Part shown: piece after piece, positions 62,795-64,000 of the stretch
Position numbering within the stretch: the stretch's first letter is position 1
Layout: each line of letters opens with the position of its first letter
NCBI GenBank assembly: GCA_040954595.2
Contig: CM082596.2
Coordinates: 8,133,024-8,197,023 of the forward strand
Length of the DNA stretch: 64,000 nucleotides
Origin: Balanoglossus misakiensis
Lineage: Eukaryota; Animalia; Hemichordata
Direction: 5' to 3'
The notes under the pieces: model-generated
What the model was told of the DNA's origin: nothing
The model's database searches: none
The model's input: only the letters and a program-made list of their open reading frames with translations
Translations under genes and position numbers: made by a program

Positions 62795-64000
62795 CTGAAA
62801 CCATCTTTCTGTAAACCGTAAACGTACAAAAAATATCCAGTCAACCCAACGTGCACCTATCGCAGCTGTACTTAGTTACTTCAGAATCAACACCAGTTCA
62901 GAGTGTGCAATTAAGTTTTGCACACATTTCCAACAAATGACAATGATAATATTCTGAGCAGTTAGAATACGATGAATACTAGTGACTGACCACTATGCTA
63001 ATCTGCCAATTAGCATACATGTACCATTGCCATGGGGAAAATAGCCATGTAAAATTCAGATGTCTAAATATTGTTTCATTCATGAATTTAAAAACAAATC
63101 TTTGAGAAAGTGAACGGTGCCTTGGCTGAACACATACACACACAAACAGGGTAGTCGAATAAGTAATTAGCACTTTGTTTCGCAGATATAGAATTAAGTG
63201 CATGATCGTTAGCATCGGAAAGGATAACTCAGAATTAGATCAAGAAACATGAATTCACAGTAATTAAGATGAACATAAATAGCAAAGTGTGATAGTATTC
63301 AAATTATAGTAAAATACATCAAGAAAAGCATACAAAATAAGTTCACTTATATTTCTCGGGGTTTTTTTTTTCGGTTTCCATGTATTTACAATGTTACTCA
63401 AGAAAAGATGGTATACCTTTACAATTAAACCAAACCTCATCACATAATTGATTAGGCGTGTAGTGACAGAGATGAATTTTGTAACATAAACCCAATAGCT
63501 GTAATAAAAGAACTGAAAAATATAAAAACAGTTTACATCAGAGGCAGTAAGGATACCTATCTTGTCACTGTATTTAATCCAGGTGATGATTCCCTCTAAA
63601 ATTTTCAAAATATAAATTTTGATTATTTAATTTTTAAACTTAGTTCATTGTATATTACTTTCAATCAATTATTTGTCATTCATTGATTAAGATTTATTTG
63701 TCAATATGATTACAGATTGATGGTGAAAATTTTGACAACTTGATGTTGGATTCTTAATAGCAAAGATAGAATGACATTTCATCTCTGTATGATTGAACAC
63801 TTTCCAAGTCAGTATCTCACTCCTAAATTTGTATTTATCATCTATTCTACAGTGAATTTCCACTGAACAAAGTTTTAATTATAAACTGTTACAAAGCAAC
63901 ACACATTTTTATGATACAATATAATATGTTGGTGGTGCATGTAATATTCTAAAGTGTACAAAAAGGGCTCAAAATGAATATACAACAATGCAAATATTCT

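Noticed and set aside
1-64000. CRISPR arrays, operons, rRNA/tRNA genes, autonomous transposase or viral ORFs
   Set aside because: None seen; repeats are dispersed TIR elements rather than regularly spaced arrays, and the only long ORFs belong to FANCM and TTC9C.

Overview
AT-rich, intron-rich animal genomic DNA, probably from a marine invertebrate (inferred from gene and repeat style). Almost all ORF-track entries are spurious; the real genes emerge only by splicing exons. (1) The 5' part of a voltage-gated Ca2+ channel beta-subunit gene (CACNB, minus strand): exons 1-2 at 35.2/34.0 kb, then a >33 kb intron running off the window start that holds several candidate phase-0 alternative first exons. 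(2) A complete TTC9/TTC9C-like TPR gene (plus strand, 3 coding exons, 232 aa). (3) A complete FANCM gene (minus strand, 21 coding exons, about 2347 aa, all junctions GT-AG and phase-consistent), tail-to-tail with TTC9C. (4) A probable terminal exon of another minus-strand gene near 62.7 kb. The FANCM/TTC9C introns are packed with MITEs (Kolobok/T2-like TTAA-AGG, TA-targeting CTGTA/CCGTA, piggyBac-like TTAA-CCC, foldbacks). Highlights: the spliced FANCM ERCC4 domain keeps a canonical ERKxxxD nuclease motif split across an intron; candidate alternative CACNB N-termini; a perfect 120-bp palindrome with a 9-bp TSD; a MITE inserted inside a 5' splice site; a perfect 33-bp inverted repeat bracketing a FANCM exon; and a strong excess of TACATGTA. 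I found no evidence of a wholly new multi-gene system.
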